Shown: in pieces, positions 12,263-24,828 of the stretch
Numbering within the stretch: the stretch's first letter is position 1
Layout: the number at the start of each line of letters is the position of its first letter
Origin: Octopus sinensis
Taxonomy: Eukaryota
Direction: 5' to 3'
Length of the DNA: 64,000 nt
Assembly: GCF_006345805.1 (NCBI RefSeq)
Contig: NC_043012.1
Span: 29,698,001 to 29,762,000, forward strand
Notes under the pieces: model-generated
Database searches by the model: none
The model's input: only the letters and a program-made list of their open reading frames with translations
What the model was told of the DNA's origin: nothing
Translations under genes and position numbers: made by a program

Positions 12263-13745
12263 TTATCATCATCATCATCCACCTCCTCCTTTAGTGTCCA
12301 TTGTCCATGCTGACATGGTTTGGATGGTGTGACCAAAGTTGGAAAAGCTGCACCAGACTCCAGTCTGATTTGGCATGGTTTTTCTACAGCTGGATGACCT
12401 TTCTAATGCCAACCACTCTGAAAGTATAAGTGCTTTCATGTGTCACTGGCACGGGTACCAGTTGCGTGACACCAGTATCTGCCATGACTACAATCTCACT
12501 TGGGTTTGATGGGTCTTCTACTCAAGCACAGCATATTGCCAAAGGCCTCACTCATTTGTCATTGCCTCCATGAGGCCCAACGCTCAAAAGGTGCTTTTTA
12601 TGTGTCACTGGCACAAGAGCCAGCTAGGCAACACCGGCATCATCCACATTGCCTCCATGAGGCCCAACACTCAAAAGGTGTTTTTTTACGTGCCACTAGC
12701 ATGGGTGCCAGTTACATAACACCAGCATATTGCCAAAGGTCTCAGTCACTAGTCATTATGTCCGTGAGGTCCAAAGTTTGAAGATCATGCTTCACCACCT
12801 CGTCTCATGTCTTCCCGAGTCTACCTCTACCACAGGTTCCCTCCACAATTAGAGAGCAGCACTTCTTTACACAGCTGTCCTCATCCATATGCATCACATG
12901 ACCATACCAGCACAGTCACCTCTCTTGCACACCACATCTGATGCCTCTTATGCCCAGCATTTCTCTCAGATGCTTACACTCTGTCATACATGTACACTGA
13001 CATTACACATCCAGCGAAGCTTACTGGCTTCATTTCTTTCAAACCTACACATGTCCTTGGCTGTCACAACCCATATTTCACTGCCATGTAGCATAGCTGT
13101 TTGTACACAGGCATCATCCAATCTGCCTTTCACTCTGAGGGAGAGGCCCTTTGTTGCTAGCAGAAGTAGGAGCTCTCTGAACTTTACCCAACCTATTCTT
13201 ATTCTCACAGCTACGCTCTCGGAGCATCCACCTCTGCTACTAACTTGGTCACCAAGGTAATGGAAGCTATCTACTACCTCTAGCTTAACCCCTTGGCAGT
13301 TAATGGAGTCTATCTTCTGTACATTTTTGGTGTTTATTGTACTTGTGCATCTTCACACCAAAGCTATTTTCCCTGGTAACCTTCTTCTAATGTTGCTGCA
13401 CATCTTACGTGTCCATAACTTACACCAGGTACGTCTTGTGGAGGTTCTACCTCCACCTTTTCTGCAGATCAAGCAGGGCCATCTACCTGAAGGGGTTTGT
13501 GATTTGTCTACCTTCCTACTTACTAAGACTTTGGTTTTTGCTAGCTTAACTCTAAGGCCTTTCGATTCCAGACCTTGCTTCCATACCTGAAACTTCTTTT
13601 CTAGTTCTGGTAGTGATTCAGTTATAAGAATAAGGTCATCAGCAACAGAGGAGGAGCTCCCAAGGGCAGCCTGTCTTAACTTCCTCTGTTATTGCCTGGA
13701 GGACTATGATGCACAAGAGGGGGCTGAGCACCAATCCTTAGTGAA
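12263..13745 (-). mobile_element. 5'-truncated RTE-clade LINE (RT C-terminal half, 3' UTR, (GAT)n tail)
   Basis: Minus-strand translation gives LSPLLCIIVLQAITEE.KTGCPWELL..ADDLIL..., QVWKQGLESKGLRVKLAKTKVLV and RIRIGWVKFRELLLLLATKGLSLRVKGRLDDACVQTAMLHGSEIW, with stops and frameshifts. The (cat)n on + is the tail. Confidence 0.9.
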
Positions 13746-14249
13746 CCCCTAAATTCATTTGGGTGGATTTTTTTTCTACAGCAAGATGCCCTTCCTGTCA
13801 CCAACCCTCATCTGTTTGAAAGCAAGGTGATATTTCACCAGGACCAGGCATGCTCTCACAGGAGACTGGAAATGAAGCACACTGCTTGCATGAGGGTGAC
13901 ATTCATTTATCACATGACATCAAGGCAAGGAGACACCACCTCACACACACACACACAAACAAAAGTAGGTGCATTATTTCCAGAGAAATGGCTGGCCAGA
14001 ATATATCACTGAATAATTAAACACAAACAAGACAGCAACAACATTGATCTCTGCATCCACACCACTTCAGAGGTTGGCTTATGAGGCCCTTAATGAATGG
14101 CAATGGCTTCATTATCACAGCAGATCAATCTGGAGTAGCAACATGATGGCACCATGATGTGGTGGTGTATATGGGGGCCATGGTTATGATTCAAGGAAGG
14201 ATCACAATTCCTGGAATTCCATGACACTGGACACTGGGCTGGCTGGACA

Positions 14250-14570
14250 CTTCATCAGTTACGACAAAGAATGTTCCAGTTGATCTGATCAGTGGAACAC
14301 TCCGCTCCTGAAATTAACACGCGTGTGGTTGAGTATTCCACAAACACACATACCCTTAACATAGTTCTCAGGGTGATTCAGCAGGACCCAAAATGTGACA
14401 AGGCTGGCCCCTTTGAATTACAGGTAAAACTCCTCGTTTTTAGCAGCCAAGTGGACTGAGGCAATGTGAAATGACAGTGTCTTGCTCAAGAACACATCAC
14501 ACTGCCAGGAATCGAACTCATGATCTTTTGATTGTTAGCTGAACACCCAAACCACTGAGCCACGTGCTTT
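14250..14570 (-). mobile_element. tRNA-derived SINE, family D
   Basis: Minus strand gcacgtggctcagtggtttgg...gagttcgattcctgg (A and B boxes), then gttcttgagcaagacact. Copies at ~24960-25250, ~39135-39403 and ~39868-40175. Confidence 0.8.
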
Positions 14571-14737
14571 CTCCATTCTGTGACACGAATTACCTGACAT
14601 TTTGTCGATTCCTACTTCAGAAAACCGGTCTTCCACTTAATCTCCTGCAAATCAGACAAATACACAAACTGGACTGGCTTCACACTTACCAGGAAACTTG
14701 ACCAGCAACAAGTGGTTGCATGTGTGTGTGTGTGTGT

Positions 14738-14773
<36 letters not shown>

Positions 14774-14776
<3 letters not shown>

Positions 14777-15205
14777 ACAGGCTATGTGGCTGAGGAGTTT
14801 GCCTGCCAACCACATGGGTCAGGGGTTCAGCCTCACTGCATGACACTTTGGACAAGTATCTCCTATTATAACCCTGGGTCAACGAATGCCTTGTGAGTGG
14901 ATTTGGTAGACAAAGTCAAAGAAGCCCATCATATATGTGTGTGTGTGTGTGTGTTGTGCATCGGTATGTGTTATGTATAGGTGTGTTGTCTTTGCACCAC
15001 ATTAGAATTGCAAACAAATGCCACAGTCCTTCATTTGTTGCAGTCTTTCTGAAAATCATGTCCAGCCATGGAGGAAGATTGCTTTGCTTGGAAACAGATC
15101 AGGGTTGGCAACAGGACAGGCATCCAGCCGTAGAAAATCTGCCTCAATTAAATTTTGTCTGACCCATGCAAGCATTGAAAAGTAGAAGTTAAAATGATGA
15201 TGATA
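14774..15205 (+). mobile_element. Family B SINE head joined to an RTE-type tail
   Basis: Same head as 23251, but the 3' module ends ggcatccagccgtagaaaatctgcc...gacccatgcaagcattgaaaagtagaagttaaaatgatgatgat. Same structure at ~32664-33075. Confidence 0.75.
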
Positions 15206-15989
15206 ACGATTTGTGTGTGTGTGTTTTATGCTAATGATGTCCAGCCAATGCCTCTGTCCATCTGTGATGTCATCAGTTTTCCTGCAAGTTTCCTTGTCCA
15301 TCTTGTTTGAATTTTCTTTTGCAGTATTTTTGGTAACTCCACTCTTTCCCAACTTTATGCTCCCAAACGTCACATACACACACACACACACGAGAGACAG
15401 AAAACGAGATTATTTTACATACACAAATGTATGCTATGTATTTCATTATAGTTATACTTACAGTTTATACTTACATAAACATTTTACACACACACACACA
15501 CACATCGCTATCACAAAAACATAAAAAGATGATGGTTGATATATGTATATACACACACAAATATGTGTGTATGTTTGTGCATGTATAAGAGAGAGTGAGA
15601 GAGAGAGAGAAGAGATATGGGGGTACACTCACACAAATTACATGCATAAAATGGGGTCGATATATTTGTGTGTGTGTGTGTGTATAGACACACATTTCTC
15701 TGTGTTCCTGAGATTTCTCTGGTCAGCAATTAAGCTGTCCAGTTTCAGTGACCAGCTGTATATGCCTGTTTGTTTATTTCTGGAAACATTGTTCCATTAA
15801 AAACCATTGTTTCACCTCTGATCCCATGACATGTGACCTCAATTGACCTAGCTTTTCCAATTCTGCCTTTTTGAACTGGATTTTCTCTGCTTTCTCTTTG
15901 CCAATCTCTCTCTCTTTCTCTCACACACACACACACACACATCATTATTGACAGAGTTCATTGAGGCAGATTTTCTACAGCCAAATGTT

Positions 15990-16710
15990 ATTTTTACTAA
16001 CAATAATTGCTTCTAAATATTTTCTGACATTCTGTTGGTCATTGTACCAGCTCCAGTGTGCCCCAGGGTTTAGGTTTTGTCCCCTTCTCTCTCTCTTTCT
16101 CCCCCTTCAGTCCATCAATAAGTGACTTGCCACCACTACACACATGACACTCTCCTTCATTCCTCCAGAACATTCTCCCATCCTCCATACACTGTGCACA
16201 CAAACCCGCACTGACCCCGCATCCTTCTCCAGTCTTGCCTCTTTCAGTCGGACAAAGTCTCAAAGACTACTCTTACCAAGAAAGCATCATCACCGCCCCT
16301 GCCCCCCAATCAGCCCCAATCATGACCAACATCCAACTCAAGACCTCAGAAGCAAGTCCTTAACATAACCAGGACTAAATCCCATGACTCTTATCTCCAA
16401 TCCCCCAACAATTACTGGTACTCTACGAAGGCTCTCAGCTAAGACACACAATGGACAACAATACTTCTGTTGTACATGAACCCATCCTAGACTGCCTACA
16501 GAAAAAACATCACCCAATTGATCAGAATCAAATCAAACACGTTTCAGCCTCTGGCCCACAGCCTGCACTCACTCTTCTCTTTTCCACTCCTACAATGGCC
16601 TCTGCTCCGCAACCCTGGCTGCACCAATTCCACTTCCACTCAGGACATCTCCATTCAATCACCCCTATCCCTATGCATCTCTCCGCTCATCACTCTAGTC
16701 TATTATGATT
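15990..16710 (+). mobile_element. Highly decayed CR1/L2-group LINE fragment
   Basis: agtgtgccccagggtttaggttttgtcccc (VPQG..L.P) followed by C-rich sequence resembling the 6380-7080 relic. Confidence 0.55.
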
Positions 16711-16973
16711 GCAGCATGAGATAGATAGATAGATATATGTGTGTGTGTGTGTGCGGTAATGAATTTAAATGGATTCGTGTTTCAATATAATTTTCAGTCA
16801 GGACTCTTTAGACTTTCTTTATCATGAACAACAAACACATACATTTATATGTGTATGTGTGTACTTATATGTATGAACTTATATATGCATACATGTATGT
16901 GTACTTTTATGTATGTGTGTGTGTGTGTGTGTATGTATATATATATAGGCATGTATGCATGTGTGTGTGTATG

Positions 16974-17019
<46 letters not shown>

Positions 17020-17785
17020 CATACAGGCATGTATGTAGTCAGGTCTGTGTAAAGCCTTATATCTAAAGAATGTTCTCTCTCTCTCTCTCTCTCTGTTTGA
17101 CTTTCTCTGTCCACCTCCCCCCCCCACATCATCTTCTGCTAAATTTACTGAAACTATTAAAAAAAATATTGAATATTACATCAACAACATCAATGAAAAC
17201 CCCCACAACTCTCTCCCCACCACCATCTCCCACGTTCCCCTCCACCACCCACCTGACCACCTCGTGCCCACCACCGCCACCACCACCCCACCCACTGAAC
17301 CCTGCAGCCATTATCAAAGTAAACTTCTGCTATAAATGGCATTGGAGATTCTTAAGTAATCCAATATGGTCCCCCCCCCCGCCGCCGCCACCACGACCCA
17401 ACCCCTGGAGAAGGTGACGGAGGGGGTAGGATGTGAGGGAGGGTAGTGATCCCCCCACCCACACCTCATCCTGCCCTATACATACACCAAAAACAACAAC
17501 AAGGGGCAGTGAAGAAAAATGGGAGTGGAGTGTGAAATTTTAGACTTTGGAGGTTTGGATTGCTAGATATGTGTACACACACACACACATACACATACAT
17601 ATATACATGTCTGTGTGTGTGTGTGTGTGCGCGCGCACACACATACATTCATATACACAAACACACTTGCACACAAGTATTATGTATTTTATCTGTGTCT
17701 TCTGTGTCTGTATGAATTTTATCTGCCTTTCCCCTGCGTATACAGAGGTGTTTATGCTTAGATATTATTGTACACGCCGTATGTA

Positions 17786-17826
<41 letters not shown>

Positions 17827-18247
17827 ATGTTATACACATACATGTATGTTTAGATGTGTATTTATGTATGTCTGTTATTCATGAGGGTGCCACGGATTGA
17901 AGTGATAGATCAGGTTATCAGACAACCAACTGAAGACTTGGTATTTGGTATCAAATCACATAAGACTACACTGCATCTATTATCAAGTCACTTAGTGTCT
18001 AATGGTCTCCGTTTGACTTTGTAGCTCTTACTAGGGACCACTTGGATCTAGATATACAACACTAGAAGCTTTGTCTGTCTATGTACCATATGTGTGTGTG
18101 TGTGTACACACACACACATATATATGTATGTGTGTGTGTGTGTGTGTATACATACACACATATACATACAAATATATATGTATATATCTACACACATACA
18201 TACAAATGTATATACACACACATGCTGTTATACATACATGTGTGTGT

Positions 18248-18295
<48 letters not shown>

Positions 18296-18653
18296 TCTCA
18301 CACTGTATTCTATAAACATTGGGTGACATGTTGATATATTCTGGAGCAGGAATCTTTAACAAAAAGTCTTCCTGACTCAGACAAATTGGTGAGGGGTGGG
18401 AGGAGGAGGAAGATAAAGACCAGTGTGTCCTCCCTACCAACTCAACTCTTGCTCTTTTCCTCCTCCTTTTCCCTCCCTTGCTTTCTATGTGGTACAGGAA
18501 AGAGATAGAGAGAGAGAGAAAGAGTGAACGCCAGTGTGTCTCTTCTTACTTACTGCCCCCCCCCCGCTTCCCCTCTCTTGTTTCTCAACCAAACTTTTCA
18601 TGTGGGGGAGGAGGAGGAGGGATACTGAGACTAACACTTCACACATACATTGA

Positions 18654-18689
<36 letters not shown>

Positions 18690-20932
18690 GTGCATTTATA
18701 TATGCATGCATGTGTGTGTGTGTATTTTATGGGATTAGGCTGCCAGGTTGTTACAATGAAAATATTTCTTTTGTGCCAAGCAATTAGCAATAGAGTTCAA
18801 TAAAACTGTGTGTGTGCGTGTGTGTGTGTTACACTGATGATGAAGCTAATTATTTCTTATTTGATTAATTCTATTTTTATTGAAACAGTTATATATGAAT
18901 AAAAATAGTTTTTTTTTTGTTTTTTTTTTGCTCTCTAAACACAAATATTTTAATTAGCACAATGTGATTATTGATAGTATTAATAGAACCACAGAACTGA
19001 CATTTTTTTAAAAAGCCATTTTAGAGAAACATGCAGTGTTTTGTGTTTTGATGGATTTGATAGAGAGAAACTGAAAGAAGGCCATCGTATGTCTGTGGAT
19101 GTCCCCCAATGTGAATGAGAGTCTATTTGTGTCGTGTTGATATCATGTGATAGTTGTAAACGAGTACCACTGTCATACAAGTGAGGTTGTTGATTTCCAG
19201 TCTCCTGTGAAAACATTTCTGGTCATGGGAAAATATCTTCTTTGGCAAACAGGTGAGGATTGGTAATAGGGAGGGCATTGCCCCATGGAAATTCTGCCTG
19301 ACCCATGCAAGCATTAAAAAAAGTGGACATTGAATGATGATTGCTTCAGTATCAATACTTGCTGTCCTTGCTTTGGGTCAGTTCCTCATGTTGGCGATTG
19401 AATCCAGTTTTGACCAGATTTCATTCAGTAAGGTGTGCCACAATGGGATTGTCTCTTCATGTAGTTTGCTTTTGTCATTGTAGGTCTGAATTTCCCCTGG
19501 TTACTCTTCTACAAAATACACTCAATCTCATTTAGAATCGGTGCTGGACCATTTTCGTATTGTTTTTCTTCAAGACAGCCTTTGTTAATGTTTTGTTTGT
19601 TTTTTGGGTTTTTTCACTCCATCAGGTGTTGATTCTTTGTAAAGAGAATTCCACATTTGGTGTCAGGATGCACAATTTCATTTCATTTCATTTTTTTTCC
19701 CACATAGAATTATTTCCTGATAAAGAAACTACCTCAGCATTGATGTTGTTCTTAGAACTGCTTATAGAATTTCCTTGCTTCTTCTCAACACCAACCAAAT
19801 TGCCAAGTGGACAGACAAGTTTTACATTGTTTTCTTTTCAGCAAAAAAAGAAAAAGACACACAGACAGCTTTTTCTTGGGCCACAGCAGCATGAAAAACA
19901 AAAGAAAAGAAAATCCTCCATCAGCCACGTTGTCTAGACAACCAGATGCAAATGTTTACTTTTGGGGTAGATTTAAGTTTTTGCTCTGAATAATTTATCA
20001 AATTTGATGGAAAAACATATTAATTCTGTGAAAATAATACATATAAAATTTCACATTTTAACAGATTTATACAGTATATCATATACACAACATCCTACAG
20101 GCATAAGACTAGGTGGACAAAATATGACTGCAGCTCCAGTCTTTATTTGGAAACAAATGACAATACATTGGAATTGGACCATTTGTTGAAATGAGAAAAT
20201 CCTTTTCGATATTTTGATTTTTATCATCGAACAGGGCTGAAGCCATTTGGACCTCAAGTGACCCTCTAGTGGGCTGATTGTCGTCCACTCAAACTGGACA
20301 TGGGTTTGGCAAAAAATTTGAAATGGAAATTAAATTAATTTGAAATAAATATTAAATTTTCCTAAGTTCAGCATCTCACAAATACATATATACAGATAAA
20401 AGTAATACACAGACAGACACACACACACACATATATACACATAGAGGTATAATATACACACACATATATGTATACATACACACACAAGCATTGTATTGGT
20501 GGTGGTGGTGGTGTCGATGGGTCTCATATTTCACTTATCTAAATTTACTCCATATTTTCATTTCAAACAACAAAGGCAGCCAGTGATTCCATCAACCCCC
20601 CCCCCACCTCATTCTGCACCATTCCACCAGTTTCTTTACCATGTGTAAGACATCTTAGGAAGGTAGAGGAGGGGGTCTGTATTTGTCAAACCAGATGTGT
20701 CTTTGGCTGAGGTAACCACCACCATCATGACCTTCTATGCAATAGCAGCCAAATTTCCCTCAAATCGAAATCTCATTCTCTTAAAAGTGGAGGGACAGAC
20801 TTGGTAATGGGGTCCAAGATAGACTGTGCCTGGATAAAAAAAAAATAGGATAGCCACAGCTGAACTGTTCAATTATAACCTGGCCTTGGGCTAATAAACA
20901 ACACAAGCACCATCATCATAATCAGCATCATT

Positions 20933-21126
20933 AACCACTTCTGGCTCTGCAATACAAATGTCTTGTTTTCATAGGTTCCGAATTAAAATCTTCCACCAAA
21001 CCTTTATCACAATTTATGTTCCTAACACTAGCTTAATGATAACAAAGTTATTTTAATAGATTATATTTAAAGTAATTGAAAGAATCACAGAGCATCTCAA
21101 CAGAAATACAGTAACGAAAGGGTTAA
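20933..21126. mobile_element. Second copy of the TTAA-flanked MITE family
   Basis: Shares aattaaaatcttccaccaaacc...tcacaatttatgttcctaacactagcttaatgataac with 7314-7520 and ends gtaacgaaagggTTAA. Confidence 0.75.
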
Positions 21127-23250
21127 TGTCTCTCTCTCTCTCTCTCTCTCTGGTTCAGCCAATCCACCTGTTTTTTGGGGGTTTTTGGGGTTTTTTCCTA
21201 CCCATGGAAGAAGCGATATCAACAGGCAATCGTTTACATCCAAAGTCTCACTGTTTTGGCAAAAGATGAAAAACATTAAGCTTACCATTAATACACCATA
21301 TTTTCTTTTTTTTTTTTTACTCTTTTAATGAAGAGGGAGGGCAGGACTCGTGAACCTGTACAAGGCTTCCTTAATCAAAACCCAAGGGAAGGAAGAAGAC
21401 ATTCTTCAAATTTGTGACACTGCCTTAATATTTAGAACATAGGGGATTCCACTTAGTGGCACCCAAGGCACCACCAGGTGGCACTGTTAAAGCAGGCAAT
21501 GGATTAAATCCTCCATCACCCAAGTAGTAATTGGTGGGATCAAAGATGTGGAACAAACAACACAAGGTATCAGATCCCTATCCTTATAGTTCTGACAATC
21601 CACAGCCCAGGGCTTGGGATCTTTTGGGTTTTTTGCTTGTTTTTTTTTTTACCAACACCAAAAGTTGACACTGGTGGGAATTGAACTTAGAGTGCGGACA
21701 GCTGGAACAAATACCACCAGGTATTTTGTCCAGCTCTCTAACAATTCTACCAAGTCACCAAATTATGTAACTGTAGCTCATGTGAGTGTTATGCATGCAT
21801 GTATGTAATGTGTGTGTATATGTGTATATGTATACAAGTGTGTGTTTGTGTATAAATGTGTATATAAAATTGCCAAAAACTATTTGAGAGAGGAGGGGGG
21901 GTTGGGGTAAGTATTAACCCTTGAAATGCTTCTTTGCAACTGAGAAGAAATCAACTCAAGTGTATTGCTGACGCCCTCATTGATAGCGGGGTGGGGGATG
22001 AAGGATGTGACCTTCACCGGTGAAGGGTCACTGGATTAATGGAGACTGGGGGGTGGGGTTAATGCAACAGTATCAAGTGAAGATATGTAAATAAATACAC
22101 ACACACACATTAACACGCACAATTAAAAATATATATACATACACAGCTTCAAATGCGCGCGCGCACACACACAGGAACGTATGTGTGTGTAATTATAAAT
22201 GTATGCATATATATACACACACACACACACACATTTTAACACTTGTTGCTTCTTCATAAATACACACTCATGACCAGAAACACATTTAAAATATAGCTTT
22301 ATATGCATATACTTATTCTGTGTGTGTGTGTATGTATTTATATATATATATAATTTTTAAATTACATTATAAATTTGCATTATATATCATATCACATGTG
22401 TGAGTATATGTTTATATCTATCATATATATATGTTAGTATTAGGTGTGTATGTATATATATATATATTGGATGTATGTGTATGTATATATGTACACACAC
22501 AAACACATTTGTGCTTAGTAGAGATATGCTCTTGATTCCATGTAAGTGTATAGCGAATGTGATAGTAATAGAGAACTGACACTAGCGCCACCACCACCAC
22601 CACCATAACAGCAACCTCACCGACCGACTTACCGATTCTACTGCGTAGTCTTCCTGTAATTTGCAGACCTGTGAACAGAATCTCAGAGAAACCTGATCCA
22701 TTTTATCCTCCTGTCACATATCCTGGTCTTTGATATCTGAGACTAGGCTCCAAACAAATAGATTCAATGTGTTGGATTGCAGAGATAGGTCTCCATGCAG
22801 GCTTTACCCACCACCCCCACCAACCGCACCGCACACACACTCGGTGTCCAATTTCAACTCAGACCCAGAGTTTGTGTCTCTCGAAAACTCATGGAGACAC
22901 AAGATATCAGAAATTAATTTTTTTAATCCTATCATTTTGTAACCCATTTTCCTATCATCATCATCATCTATATACATATATATATATTTGTGGTTTGAAG
23001 TTCTATCCCATTGCATGGCACCTTGAGCAACTCACTTCTACTATATCCACGGGCCAACTAATGTCTTGTGAATGAATTTCATAGATGCAAACTGTGAGGC
23101 TGTGTGGTAAGAAGTTTGCTTCCCAACCACATGGTTCCGGGTTCAATCCCACTGCATGGCATCTTGAAGCAAGTGTCTTCTATAGTTTAAGGTTGGCCAA
23201 AGCCTTGTGAGTGGATTTGAGAGTCAGAAACTGAAAGAAGCCCATCATAG

Positions 23251-23725
23251 GTGCAGGCGTGGATGTGTGGTAAGTAGCTTGCTTACCAATCAAAAGGTTC
23301 CAGGTTCAGTCTCACTGCGTGGCACTTTGGGCAAGTGTCTTCTACTTTAGCCTCAGGCTGACCAAAGCTTTGTGAGTGGATATAGTAGACAGAAACTGAA
23401 AAGAAGCCCTTCGTATATGTATGTGTATATATATATATATATACATATACTTGCCGAACCACCAAGTTACGGGGGACATTGGTTGTCAAGCGATGGTGGT
23501 GGGGGCAAACACACACACACATATATATGTATATGTGTGTGTGTCCCCACCACCATCGCTTGACAACCAATGTCAGTGTGTTTATGTCCCCGTAACTTGG
23601 TGGTTCAGCAAAAGACCGATAGAAAAAGTATTAGGCTTACAAAGAATAAGTCCTCAGGTCGATTTGTTTGACTGAAGGTGATGCTCCAGCATGGCCACAG
23701 TCAAATGACTGAAACAAATAAAAGA
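23251..23725 (+). mobile_element. Full-length tRNA-derived SINE, family B (CORE-like), preceded by two truncated heads (~22990, ~23097)
   Basis: ggcgtggatgtgtggtaag...aggttcagtctcactgcgtggcactttgggcaagtgtcttctact (CORE-like), a (TA/TG)n linker, then gtccccgtaactt...gctccagcatggccacagtcaaatgactgaaacaa tail. Other copies at ~2066, 4165(-), 7832, 38695(-), 50200, 56175(-) and 61418. Confidence 0.85.
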
Positions 23726-24409
23726 ATATAGAGACACATAAACACATATTTGTGTGTGTCACTGTCTCGTTGCCTTGACACAGCTTGATAGTTGTGAGTG
23801 TCCTTCATTTCCAATCTTTGGAGATGTGTCTGGTCATTGGGAGATATTGTATCGCCTTGGAAAGTGGTGAATGTTGGTGACAGGAAGAGCATCCCAGCCA
23901 TAGGAAATCCACCTCAACAAATTCCGTCCAACTTCTTAAGGAACATGGGGAAAATAAGGACATTGAGCCATAGAGACCAAGCCAAAAGGAAATGCAGGTT
24001 GGGGCCCTTCTGATCTATTTGCTAAGTGAGGCAGACCAACCCATGTCAACATGCACAGTAAATGTACCATGATGATGGTGATGATGATGATGACAGCACC
24101 CACTTCTACAATGTGGTTATTGTCTGTTGTAGAAAGTTGTCCTGATTTGAAAATATCTCCAGTAGAAAGCCTTCACAATCGAAAATGGTGGCACCACCTG
24201 TTGACATACCGCTCACCCCACCACCCAAACCCCATAAGGACAGTCTCAGTGAAAGTCTGCCCCTCCCCTCCATTCCAAAACACCAATACTGCTTTAAAAG
24301 ACAAAGGCCACTGAACAGTAGACAAGATGGTCTTGGTTGGAATACCTCTGGTCATAGATTTGCTCTAGCTGGGCCAACTAAGCCACAGATCTCTCAATAA
24401 TAATAAAAA

Positions 24410-24828
24410 TCCTTTCTACTACAGGTACAAAGCCTGAAATTTTGGGGTGAGGGTCCAGTTGATTATATTGACCCCAGTACGCAACTTATATTTATTTTAT
24501 TGACACCCCCCCTCCTAAAAGGATGAAAGGTAAAGTCAACCTCAGCAGAATTTGAACTCAAAACGTAAAGATGAACAAAATACCGAGTGTGCTGACAGAT
24601 TCTATCAGCCTGCTTCCTTAATAATAATAATAATAATAACAATCCTTTCTATTTGGGCACAAGGTTGGAAATTGTGGGGAAGGGGGTTAATCGATTGCAT
24701 CAACCCCCAGTATTCAACTGGTACTTATTTTATTGACCCCAAAAAGATGAACAGTAAAGCCAACCTCAGCGGAGTTTGAACTCAAAACGTAAAGATGTCT
24801 CTTAACGTTCTGCCAGCTATTTGCCTTG
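24410..24828 (-). mobile_element. Two head-to-tail family A SINEs
   Basis: Reverse complement of family A, each preceded on + by (aat)n. Confidence 0.8.

Noticed and set aside
19350-19990. Possible decayed LINE coding relic on - (similarly 880-1200 and 26600-26900)
   Set aside because: Only faint peptide hints; no diagnostic motif I can support.
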